NCBI GenBank assembly: GCA_951406725.2
Contig: OX597826.1
Location: 43,152,001-43,216,000, forward strand
From: Octopus vulgaris
Lineage: Eukaryota
Direction: 5' to 3'
DNA: 64,000 nucleotides
Positions 12,931-24,542 of the stretch are shown in pieces. A program made the position numbers and the translations under genes. The stretch's first letter is position 1. The number at the start of each line of letters is the position of its first letter. The notes beneath the pieces are model-generated. The model saw only the letters and a program-made list of their open reading frames with translations, was not told the origin of the DNA and made no database searches.

Positions 12931-15900
12931 ACCGCAAACACGTGTAATTCCCAGGTACAATTCTTCCGCAGGGTACGGGTTAATTCGAAGTTATAGAAAA
13001 TGCCACGGGTCTAAGATACCACACGGCGGAATCGAAAACTGACTCTAAAGATTGCGAAGCAAACTTCCTATCAATCGGTCTTACTGTGCTGCCTCTTTGT
13101 GTGTGTGTGTAATAATAATAATTATTATTTCTACTATCATCACAAGATCTGAGATTTTGAGGACGGGGGTTAGTTGATTACATCGACCCCCGCTACTTGA
13201 CTGGTACTTATTTTATAGCCTTCGAAAAGGTGAAAGCAATGATGTTGACCCCCCGGCAAGGTTTGGGCTAAGAATGTAACGAGTCGAAAGAAATATTGGT
13301 CAGCATTTTGTCCGATGCGCTAACGCCACTTTAATAACAAAAACTACAAAATCAAAAGATTAACTTTAATTTTCGTAGAAACGCGAATTTGCAGAGTGAT
13401 ATGCTCCAGGAATATAACAGATTTGTTTTCAGCTAAGTCGATTAAAAATATATGAGGAATTTAGAAAAAGAAGTTTAAAATCTAACGGAGTTCGAACTCA
13501 CTGAAGCACCGAACAAGATGCCGTAAAACACGCGCGCTGTCTTTGCTGCTACCGTTTTAGGATTCTCAACAGAATTTATTGATTTTTTTTTAATGATTTT
13601 CTTTTTTATCTCTCAAAGTAGAAGACTAAGAATTGAAGACAGGAACTCCGGAGATAAGGAGGATGGGATGGGATAGTTGAACTTTGTGCGAGTTATTACT
13701 GGAAGGGTAGTAGGGAGTTGGTGCTTTTGAAGGAACACAATGGAATCACAATGTCCATAGGACCATTGTTCCATTGTAATGGTTGGCGAAGGGTTACGAA
13801 GATTGAAAAACCAACAGCAACAGCAACTTTAACAGGAATAATAATGCAGATGATGATAAGAATCAGAGAGGCGAATGGCCTATTGTGAAGAATATGAGGT
13901 GCTGCTAGCAAGAACAATGTCCATTATAGTCGCAGTGGAAGAGATAGAAGAGAGGAGGACGTTCACAGACAATGGTTAAAGGATTAAAGAATTTCAATCA
14001 GATAGTAGCGTTGTTGACGTTGTTATTGGTTAGACTTAGATGAGACCTGATCCAGAAGACCCATGAGCAAAAGTGTTCCAGCTACAATCATCCTGTCAAT
14101 TATCCATACGTATACCTAAGACTACATTATCCAATGTGTCCTTCCTTTCTTTTTAAAGGTTTGTAAGATGTGATTGATTTGGTTGTTGTTGTTTCTAAGA
14201 AATTAAAAGAGCGCAGAGCCCTCCACCTGGTCTCGATTAGACGGGGTGTTTCTCTTTTCAAATTATATGAATAACTTTATCTGATGTTATGATGTAGTTT
14301 ATGCAAATACCACGAAGATATGACAGCTAAGTACACAATAATGAAATACAGTAGATAAACCATTTGTTTTAATATCCAGCATATTCGCATATGCAGACAG
14401 CAACACTTAAAAATGTTAGATGCTCCTAAGATCAGCCCTGTTCTATAGGAATACAAAGGAGTAACAAGAATAAAGAAGATACATCTACAGAGGAAAATCT
14501 ATGCCAGCTAGCATTGTAGGGCTCTGGACGGAGGACCTGGTAAAGTTACTTGAGATTTTATTCGGCCTGACCTTTCGAGGAAATGGGAACTAGGGCGAGA
14601 TTTCGAGCCGAGTGGCCAGTCGCAGCCATAAATAGGCTCAAAGGAAGCTTTCCCAAGCAAACATGTACATCACTGCGATTTGCCACTTGACTCGTAACCT
14701 AGTTCTTGTGCCCCTGGAAGTCCAGACCGAACCAAACATATATTACCACCTGGTTGTTGTGCCTAGCTTCACTTTCCGTCTTTTCTGCTTTTGCGATTCT
14801 TGTGGAAGAGACGCGTGGTTCATTGGTTGTCAACACTCGTTGCATGACACCATTTGTCAGGTATTTCTCTCTACAGCTCGTCTTTTTATTGGAGCTGCAG
14901 TCACGAGTCAAGCAAAGACTAAGATTAGCCGCCTGGTGCCAGAAATGACGTCAGAGGCAGTGAGTCCTTTACTAATCAAACAACGCGACCAGTAGAATTT
15001 TGATATCGGCTTCCGAGAGAGGACTAGTGGCCAAGAAGAACAAACAACATACTCCAAGAAACTTTAGGTGTTGGTGGGAATTAATAGACTTTTCAGGACG
15101 ACTTTAGTATCAAAGATTATGGGTAACTTTCAGAAATTCTAGGCTTGGTAATGCTACAGGTGGACGTGTTAATTTGATTTAACTTCTATGGACATGAAAG
15201 CGTCGCCAGTCAGGTATCTCTTAGTTTATTGTTAAACATAGATAGAGGTGGCTCTCAGCTGAGTCTGTCGTCAAGATTACCCTGTGGCCTTCCTTTGATC
15301 GTAAAGAGCAGGTATATCTGTCTGTGTATGGTGAATACGAACGAGGGGGTTGAAGACAGACGTTTTCTGCTTATGTTAAACTCACGTTGATTTTTTTTTT
15401 TCTTTTGCAAGTTCCATTTGGAGAGAGAGGTACTGCAATTTATAACAAATGTGTTACAATAACGAAATACTGATTTCTGACATTCACACAAGGTTATTTT
15501 AAGTGAGAGATATTACTGATTAAGTCGGCCCACGTACATGACTGGTATTTAATTTTATGGGTCTAGAAGGCAAACTTGACTCTGGTGGAATCTGAACCAA
15601 GACGTAAAAGGCAATCATAAACGAGAAGCAATTAGTCTGGCACTACTATTGTTTTGCCCACTACCACCTTAGATATTCATAATAATTTTGGTAATGATGG
15701 TAAGAATGTAAAGAATGATACGCACTGTGATAAGAACTTTGAGAGTGATAAAAGAAATTGAGTATGAAATAAGTTACTGTACCAGGCGCCCTTCATCTCA
15801 AGAAGTATGAATAAATAGTTCTACCAGGTGTCACTCATAACTTACACAGAATTCTCTCCATAACAGGAGAATTATCTGCACTAAGACGGCAAACTCTCAC

Positions 15901-16119
15901 AAATTAGAGAATCTACACACACACACAGCTACATAGCTAAATGTTGTGAGGACAGATATTGTAAAACGTAAGAATCTGGAATGGCATGGAGTAAAGAATA
16001 CACACAAATACACACGGCGGAATTAAGATCTGAAAGACAACTGCTGTTGAGCCCCCACCTAAGCATTTTAGAGGGTAGATTCTATTTAACCCCACCCATC
16101 ACTTCTAATAATAGTAATA

Positions 16120-16332
16120 ATCCTTCCTGCTATACGCACAAGGCCTGAAATTTCAGGGGAGCGGGTAAATCGATTTCATCAACCCCAGTGCTCAACTGGT
16201 ACTTATTTTATCGACACCCGAAAGGATGAAAGGTAAAATCGACCTTGGCGGAATTTGATCTCAGACTGTAAAGACGGACGAAATGCCGTTAAGTATTTGG
16301 TCCGGCGTGCTACCGATTTTTCCAGCTCGCTA
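16120..16332 (-). mobile_element. SINE family B
   Basis: Same head and core; a second degenerate copy is adjacent (16350-16530). Confidence 0.75.
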
Positions 16333-16682
16333 CTATTAGTTTCTAATTTACGAGTAGTGTTGGAAAGTTAGTCCATTCCATTGAGCCCTGTACTTGACTA
16401 ACACTTCACTTTATCTTATCGATTCCGAAAGACGAAAGGCAAAACTGACTTCAGCGGGATTTGAAACCAGAATATAAAGAGCCGGAGCAGATACTGTATG
16501 ACATTTTATCCGACGCTTTTATGATGTTGTCATTCCAATGCTCTTTCTAATGGCGGTGAATGGCAACATCGTAATATTAGCAATTTCAAAGGATGGAGAT
16601 CATTCTATAGCAGTGGTTTCCAACCTGGGGTCCGTGAACTAAATTCAAAATTTCATATATATATATACACATATATATATAT

Positions 16683-16722
<40 letters not shown>

Positions 16723-16853
16723 ACAATAATATCTCTATAAATATTCACTTCTGAATATTTACACTGAAGCTGTTCTGATTTGGCGCAAAATGATTCAGAA
16801 CGCCGGCAGACTTTCAACGTGACGAATTGAAAAAGTTTTTTTCAATTGGTAAA

Positions 16854-16906
16854 ACTTGCTGATGAAGGTAAGGCCTTTCGCCAGAACCAGAAATCATGAT
16901 CCAAGT
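16854..16906 (+). ncRNA. Minimal type-I hammerhead ribozyme motif (PLE type)
   Basis: acttg-CTGATGA-aggt...acca-GAAA-tcatga-TC-caagt. It has a 5-bp stem I, a complete core, palindromic stem III (ATCATGAT) and an AUC cleavage triplet. Stem II closes on an A-A mismatch. Confidence 0.75.
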
Positions 16907-17078
16907 ATATCCAAATGCCAAAATATATAAGCATTGGGCTATAATTGGTATGTTAAAAATTCTTTAACCCGTTCGCCCGAGTAATGTTGATTTTTTGTCG
17001 TATTTTTCAGTGCTGTTGGTGGTTTAAATAAAAGTTTTAACTCATCTTTCTAGCAGGTAGGTGCCTTGTCCGCCCTTA

Positions 17079-17117
<39 letters not shown>

Positions 17118-17120
17118 AAG

Positions 17121-17339
17121 AAAAGTTTTGAATGGTACAACAATGGACTATATACCTGTTGTAAATTAGTCATCCATAGTCTTATATGATATTTCGGAAT
17201 AAAATTCCTTCTTCAGATATTCTTAGCAGCGACTCTATCTAAGAATATCTGAAGGAATTTTATTCCGAAATATCATCAGACTATGGATGACTAAATTACA
17301 ACAGATATATAGTCCATTGTTGTACCATTCAAAACTTTT
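17121..17339. repeat. Long inverted repeat (arms about 100 bp, 12-nt loop), probable inverted PLE terminal repeats
   Basis: 17121-17226 is the near-perfect reverse complement of 17239-17339, and the unit is flanked by (TA)n. Confidence 0.9.
17184..17220 (-). ncRNA. Minimal type-I hammerhead ribozyme motif (PLE type)
   Basis: Minus strand reads atat-CTGAAGA-a-ggaat-ttt-attcc-GAAA-ta-TC-atat. Confidence 0.6.
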
Positions 17340-17387
17340 TATTCTTTACAAACAATACACAATGCTTCAAGCGAACTACAATACTCT

Positions 17388-17426
<39 letters not shown>

Positions 17427-17712
17427 ATAAGCATATTAAAAGGGGTCCGATGGAAAACTCATTTAAATAAAAGGTTTGGGAACCACTGGTCTATACCATC
17501 AAACCCGGACATTTGACTGCTATTTTATTTTATCGACTCAGGATGGATGGAAGGCAAAGTTGACGGCGATGAGATTTGAACACAGAGCATAAAGAACCAC
17601 AAGTAAATACCGTATGATATTTTGTCTGACACTAATAAATTCTCCTAATACACCGTCTTTTAATAATAATAACTTCGATGATTTCTTAGGTAGAAGACTG
17701 AACATACTAGAC

Positions 17713-17887
17713 CAGTGGGCCCCAACCTTTTCACTACCTAGGACCCCTTTTATTAAAATGAGCTTTCTCACGGACGCCTTTTAATATGGTTATCCTTATA
17801 TATGAAATTTTGAATTTAGTTCACAGGCCCCTAGTACTACCTTTGCGAACCACCGGGGGTCCGCGGACCACAGGTTGGGAACTATAG
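17713..17887. mobile_element. hAT (Charlie-like) MITE
   Basis: CAGTGGGCCCCAACC...GGTTGGGAACTATAG with TSD TACTAGAC/TACTAGAT. Another hAT-like end starts at 17896. Confidence 0.7.
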
Positions 17888-18397
17888 TACTAGATTAGTG
17901 GCTTCCAAACTTTGTCTGGTCTGCCGCCCCCTTGGCACTCAGGCCGCCTTCTTAACTCTCCCCTCACTCACCAACTCAAACATAGACCTCTTTCTGTAGC
18001 AAATTCAAAGCAACTGAATTTCACAAAAGAAGCTTAACCTAATTAACCCATTATTTTGTTATTTTTTACATCCGCTGCCCCTCGTTTGGCCACCCCATTA
18101 TGGCCTCACTTTTTTTCAACTCCCTTCTGAATTTTTTCCACAGCCCTAGGAGATAGCATTAATGACAATGACTGGAACTAAATAAACATAATTTGTCTTT
18201 TTTTTTTTTTCTAACATAGCCATAGGCCCCACGTTTTGTGAGAATTTTATAACTGATTCATGAGTTAGAAGTATGAACGTATGGTTAATACGTTCGCAGC
18301 AGTGTGTGCAAATATCTGCAGATATTTTCAATATTCTCGAGTCGATCCTGGCCTAGTGAGTCAAATTCGTTTATTGTTGTAGTTGACTATCATTGTA

Positions 18398-18590
18398 CGA
18401 AGGGGAACTGAAAAGTTCTTGGCTTTGGGCAAAAGAAAATACAAGAGGATCAGCTAATTATGATTTTCTTCAACATACTCCCCTCTCAGATTCACATACT
18501 TATTGCAGCGGTCTTTCAGTTTTTTTCTAAGCCCTGTAAAACAACTCAGAAAGTTGAGACTTCGACCAGGCCTTTCGCGACACCCTTAAA
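18398..18590 (-). mobile_element. Mariner 3' end fragment
   Basis: TA followed by a CGAAGGGGAACTGAAAAGTTC TIR-like end. The minus strand encodes a KLKDRCNKYVNLRGEYVE-like transposase C-terminus. Confidence 0.6.
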
Positions 18591-19073
18591 GCACCGCCTC
18601 GTAATAGAGGGCGTTTAAGTTACAACCATCCTGCCTTTTAGAGATATCTAAGGACACATTTATTGTCTTAGTCTTTTGTAAATACAGTAAGGTGAAATTT
18701 GACGAAGATCTAGTTACTTACAATTGCGAATGGTTCAAACGACTACATAGTGCATCCCTGGTTTGCTTATTTGAAATTAGGGTAGCGAGAAATTGTATGG
18801 AGGCCGTTGGATGGTATTTACCTGTTCATGGTTGGTAAACTTCATCCGCTGTCCGGGTTTAAAACCACCACATGTCCTTTAGCTAGCATTAGCAGTCTTA
18901 TTCTGTTGTGAGCATTCGAAGAGGGTTTCAGTTGATAAAATAAAGTACCAGCTAAATACTCAGGATGATGGTATCAACTAGCACACCTCCCTTCAAAATT
19001 GCTGATGCTGGACTAAATTAGGAACCCTTATTATCATTATTATTATTGTTATTATTATTATTATTATTATTAA

Positions 19074-19289
19074 GGCAGTTAGCTGGCAGAATCGTTAGCA
19101 CGCCGGGTAAAATGCTTAACGGCATTTCATCCGTCATTACGTCCGAGTTCAGATTCCGCCGAGGTCGAGCATGCCTTTCATCCTTTCGAGGTCGATAAAT
19201 TAAGTACCAGTGAAATACTGGAGTCGATGCAATCGACTAGTCCCCTTCCCGCAAATCTCAGGCCTTGTGCCTATATATTAGAAAGAATT
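19074..19289 (+). mobile_element. SINE family B
   Basis: Same head and core; a tandem degenerate copy runs to about 19480. Confidence 0.75.
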
Positions 19290-20147
19290 AAGGCATCAAG
19301 CTTGCAGAATCGGTAGACCGTCGAAAATGCAACATATGTTTCGACTCTTTACATTCTGAGTTCAAATACCACCGAGATCAATTTTGTTTTCTCGATAAGT
19401 CAAGTACTGGGGTCAGTGTTATCGACTAACTTCCCCCTATTAAAATTTCAGGTTTTGTACTTACATATATTAGAAACAGTTTATTAACATTACATTGAAA
19501 TTTCAAATAAAAAGATCTTATTAGAAAGGTTTTCGTTTAGGTGAGATTTTCTCCGGATTACCTAACAACAGAAAAGAGATTTTTGTTCAGGTTTTACTAA
19601 TAAAAGTTTTGTAGATTATTAAAGGTTCACCCTGCAACTCGTGGTAGAAAGTAAAGGTTTGACTATAACTTTGCTTACAACTGCGTATGTATATATATTT
19701 TGGAAAATTGCCATTTGCATCGTTGTTTGCATTTCAGAACGGCCACCTCCACAGGGAGTGGGTAATTAGTCACTGTGATGATAGCAACTCCAGTTGCGGA
19801 AAAGACTTAAAACCAAATTAAAAGAAAACAAAACAAAACAAGAAAAACGAAACAAAAAAACCCCCCACTAGTACAAACATTTCAGTTACACTTCGAAAAA
19901 CACAACAAACAATAAGTGTTGAAAATATGAATTCAAATGATAAAATAGAATAAACATTTCTGACATTTTCATCATCTTCACCAACAAAAACAACGATAAT
20001 TTATCTTTGCATAATATCCAGAGCGGGGGAAAACGATCAGAACCGTCTGTGATCCTGAGCCTACCCATGCGACGGGTTCTCGTTTCTTTTGCATTTGCCC
20101 GTTTCCTGAAATCTTTACCTGTCTTCCATGTTGTATTACGTTTTCTC

Positions 20148-20568
20148 GGATCTTTTCGGTTTGAACGGCAGTTTTTAACATAATTTCTAGGTAACTAAAC
20201 ACTTTTAAACTTCGTATACTGGTAGAATGTGTTTATAAAACATCATTTTCTTTTGGCTTTATTGAGAAAATTCTATAGTTTGTAAGATATTTGTTGTTGT
20301 TTTTTTTTCAATTTCAACCAATCAGTGACGTCTATTGAGGTAAAAAAAAACATTCTGTGTCGTATGAATATGTCCCTCGTTTAAGAAACAGATTGGGTTT
20401 ATTTACATTTGTGAAGAAAAAAAGATATCCTTCCTCCCACCCCTAACCTAACTAACCCTAACCCTAAAACAGATTGAAATGCAATAGATCGATACTAGGG
20501 TCATAATTATGGGTGACAATTTCATATGACACCGCTAGAAAAAACTGCCGGTCAAACCGAAAAGATCC
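20148..20568. mobile_element. Merlin-like non-autonomous DNA transposon (MITE) with internal CCCTAA repeats
   Basis: TIRs of about 29 bp (GGATCTTTTCGGTTTGAACGGCAGTTTTT / AAAAACTGCCGGTCAAACCGAAAAGATCC), a perfect 8-bp TSD GTTTTCTC and GG...CC termini. The superfamily call is an inference. Confidence 0.8.
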
Positions 20569-23155
20569 GTTTTCTCCAGCTCGTTCGCAATTGTGTATTC
20601 GAGTGCGTATACATACGCAAAGGCCTTCGCGTGCGCACACACACACTGATGTATATCCTACCGAGGTCTCAACTTTGTCATTCTTTCCTCCAAGGTTGAT
20701 AAAATAAAGTATCAATTAAATGCTGGGATCGATTCAATCGACAAAATTTCTCTCCACAAAATTTCAAGGCCCTGAGCTGATGTTAGAAGCAATTATTATT
20801 AATCGTGAAGATCATTCTGCCATATCTTTCTTTGGCCGGGAAAAGCATGCAGTTTTCCTCTGTCTGATAGCTATGGAAGTTCTGTGGTGGACGCGACTGA
20901 AAAGGACCGAAGACTGACACTTTCTGTTTCGGCCAAAACCCCATCGACTTTTTCAAATTCTACTTGGAAAGGAAATGAGGGTGTAGAAGGAGGGCTGCTC
21001 CCTTCCCACTTGTAAAAATGTGGGCGAATGTAGCAAGACTTGAGTGAATGGATCTACTCAAGTTATGTGCCTGGAGGATAAAAAGTATGGAAGTAAGGGG
21101 GGCATTAGGCATGATACTCCCCGTGAGCAAGATGATTGGTACCTGTGGGGCTCCTGGGTCGCGTTTCTCCTCTAATAAGGAATTTGATACAATTCTCTTC
21201 TTAACTGTTACTGCTTTTTGTCGACACGTTTATGCAAATTCCCATTGTCCTCTGTCTTTGAATTGATCGGAATGTTTTTTGCAGCCCTCCAGGTAAATAA
21301 ATTATTATTATCATTATTATTATTATTATCAGCATCATCATCATCATCATCAAATCTTGACAGTTGTGATCTCAAGTCTTCTCTGTTTTATAATCCAGTC
21401 CGTTTGAATTATGACATCTCATATTTTTACCAGTTTTTGTTTAGCAGAAACGCTTCCATTTCATACTGCTACCACTTTTGCAGAAGTTAAAAATCCTATG
21501 GAATTTAGAAAACACTTTGTCATGTCATGTCAAGGGTTTTAAGTTATCCCGGTTGGGATTTATTTATTTTATAAGAGCCTGGCCGGCCAACTGGGTGCTA
21601 TTTTCTGTCTTTCTCGAGAAAAACCAACATTTGTCATAAGCTCCGCTAATAGCAAATATGTTTCTTCTCAAAGATTATATTGAGCGCTTGATTCCGAGCA
21701 ATAATAAGAAAACGGTTTATCTGTCTTCATATCTCTTTTGCACAGCAATTTTCAGGCGCCCATCTTAACCCTTTATGCCCTTCTCAAACTGTAGTACGTT
21801 TTCTTTTTATCTATAATTATTTTCTATTTAATCCCGATTTATACTATATGCATTCATGCCATAATGATTTATGCTCCTAAGATATAAAGCTAAGCCGTTC
21901 CAATTTCAGATACACACACATATATATACATACACACACCATTCAAGATTCACGTTAGAAGTATACTCTTATACTCTCTTCTCAAGTATCACGGCTATTT
22001 GAAGACTTACCACATAGGAACTCAGTGAGTGATGATAGTTAATCATATTATTAGTTAGCTTATCACCATTGGTCCAGCGATTAACTGGATTATCAAAAGT
22101 CGCCGGACATTTATACGGTAGAATCGTTAGATCGTGGGCAAAATTACCTTGAGGTATTTAGTTAGGGTTTTTTTACATTCTAAGTTCAAAACCCATCGAG
22201 GTCAATTTTTTGCCTTACATAGGTCGATAAAGTAAGTACCAGTCATGTACTGGAGAGAAGCGGTATAATCCACTGTTACATTCCTCCCAAGTTTCTGCCG
22301 TTACATCTATCTATATAAGAAAGCATTATTGTTTTTAAAGAGCGGTGGATGATAGAACTGGTAAATTGCCGGTATGTGTTCAAATTCTGCCCAGGTAAAT
22401 TTTGCTTTTCATCACTCTTAGTCAACCAAATAAGTACCAGTCATATACTGTGGTTGATCAAATAAAATTTACAATACCATGACCACCACCACCACCACCA
22501 CCACCACTATTTCGTGATCTTCCCTTTAAGACAAAATGCCTTATTTGTATTATTTTTTTTTACGTTCTGAGTTCTCACCAACATCAACTTTGCCCGTCAG
22601 TCTTCATTATTTCTGTAGCAATAATTATAATAAGATAATTAACCTCTCTCGTGAATTTCTGCTTTTGACCAACTCGAAGCGATCTAAATCGTTTTGGAAG
22701 CAGCTGAAAAGAATGGCCGAGGTTGATAATATAATCGGCGATTCCCTTTCTCCGTGGCAGAAGAAAACCCTCAATGGAGGGAACGATGTATACCAGTCTA
22801 GATCTGGAAATCTTCTAACCAAACGCACGCACACACACTTATGTTATTGCAAATCCGAAAAAGCCGAAATAAATCTGGCATTCTCGCTAGCCGCTGCCCG
22901 GGCGATTTTTCCCCTCCGTCCAATGCATATTGCGTTTTTAACACAGCATGTCTCTAAGAGATACTTATCTCTGGACGAATACCGCAGCAATTTGTTGACG
23001 ATGTAAATACATTGAGTATGGTATCGAGGATATTTTAATTTAATGCTGCTTCGAGTACACCGGATATACGTGATATTTACGAGTGGACGAACAAAAATAA
23101 AGTAGCACACAATACACTTGGTAGGGGTAACATGTATTATTTAATAATAGCTTAA

Positions 23156-23372
23156 GGCGGCGAGTAAGCAGAACCTTTAGCACACCGGGCAAAATGCTTA
23201 GCAGCCCTTCGTCTGTCTTTACGTTGAGTTCAAATTCCGCCTAGGCCGACTTTGCCTTCCATCCCTTCAGGGTGGATAAAATAAGTACCAGTCAAGTAAT
23301 GGGGTCAATGTAATCGAATTCCCTCTCTCCACCCGCCAGAACTGCTAGCCTTGTACCAAAATTTGAAAGCAT
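23156..23372 (+). mobile_element. SINE family B
   Basis: Same head and core. Confidence 0.75.
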
Positions 23373-23636
23373 CATTTAATAATTTTGACTCGACTAGTTG
23401 CGTTTGTTCTACAACCCTACGGAACTTTAAGTTGCATGGAGTCGAGTTAAAATTAAATAATTATATGATATTTATATATAGTACATATATGTACTACAAA
23501 GTCTGCTTTTGTATGTATGTATGTATGTATGTATGTATGTATAAACGCGCGCACATAAAATATTGCTGTGACCAAATATTTAGATGCGAGCATGAAGTAG
23601 CTAACGAGTACAGTGTGTATAAATGTTACAGTCTTT

Positions 23637-23675
<39 letters not shown>

Positions 23676-24361
23676 TACATATACCTACATAGCAGACATA
23701 CAAACATATCAAATTTAACTGCCATCGTAGATTGAAAAATAATGACGAACATCCTCAACCGATTTTCAATCCTTATTGGGGTCTCATCAGGTGTCTACAT
23801 CACTTGACCAATCCCAGAACAACGACTGCATTAATATACACCAACTCTAGTGTCTCTAGAGAACTGGGGCTACTAATTTACTTACTATAAGCTTTTAGCA
23901 CTTCATTTAACATCCGAGGCCTGTCGATGGGGAGCCAATTTCACACAGTAATCATAGTGTGATATTATAAATGTAAGTCTACGTAGCAGACATAGAAACA
24001 AGTCAGATTTACCTGTTGCTCCGTAGACAGAAGACATTACGAACAGCCTACACATGTGCGCGATCGTAGGAAAATATGTATAACTATTTCTATTTACACA
24101 CATAAATATCTACGTACATCTGTACGTAGAGTGTCTGTGTACACACACACAAACACACTCTAATGAGCGCGCGCGTACAAACACACACACACGCACCTAC
24201 ATAGAAGTGGCAAAGCTATGTGCCGAGGAAAATTCACTTAGCAGCGACATAATGCCGAGTTCAGTCCCATTGTACAACAAAGTTGGCAACGCTTTTTCAT
24301 CATAGCCTCGGGTGGCCAAAGTTGTTTGGAGCGGCATTTGGCTGGTTGTAACTCTCTGGAG

Positions 24362-24542
24362 CAGTGGTTTTCAACCAGGGTTCCGCAAGAAGTTACAAAA
24401 CTGCTAAAATCGGCAGTAATTTTTAATTCTCCTGTGCAGATATGTGTGCATAAGACTATTAAATTATTGCACAGGGGTTCCTCGAGCCAGTGGAATGTTT
24501 CCTTGGGGTTCCGCTCCAGCAAAAAGTTTGAAAAGCACTTTA
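24362..24542. mobile_element. hAT (Charlie-like) MITE
   Basis: CAGTGGTTTTCAACC...TTTGAAAAGCACTT with a perfect 8-bp TSD CTCTGGAG. Confidence 0.8.

Larger units (their letters stand above)
16611..17488. mobile_element. hAT (Charlie-like) MITE enlarged by nested insertions
   Basis: TIRs CAGTGGTTTCCAACC / GGTTTGGGAACCACTG, with a degenerate 8-bp TSD TTCTATAG/GTCTATAC. Confidence 0.75.

Noticed and set aside
13660-15070. Complex non-repetitive stretches with short ORFs
   Set aside because: At most faint LINE-like similarity; no supportable call.
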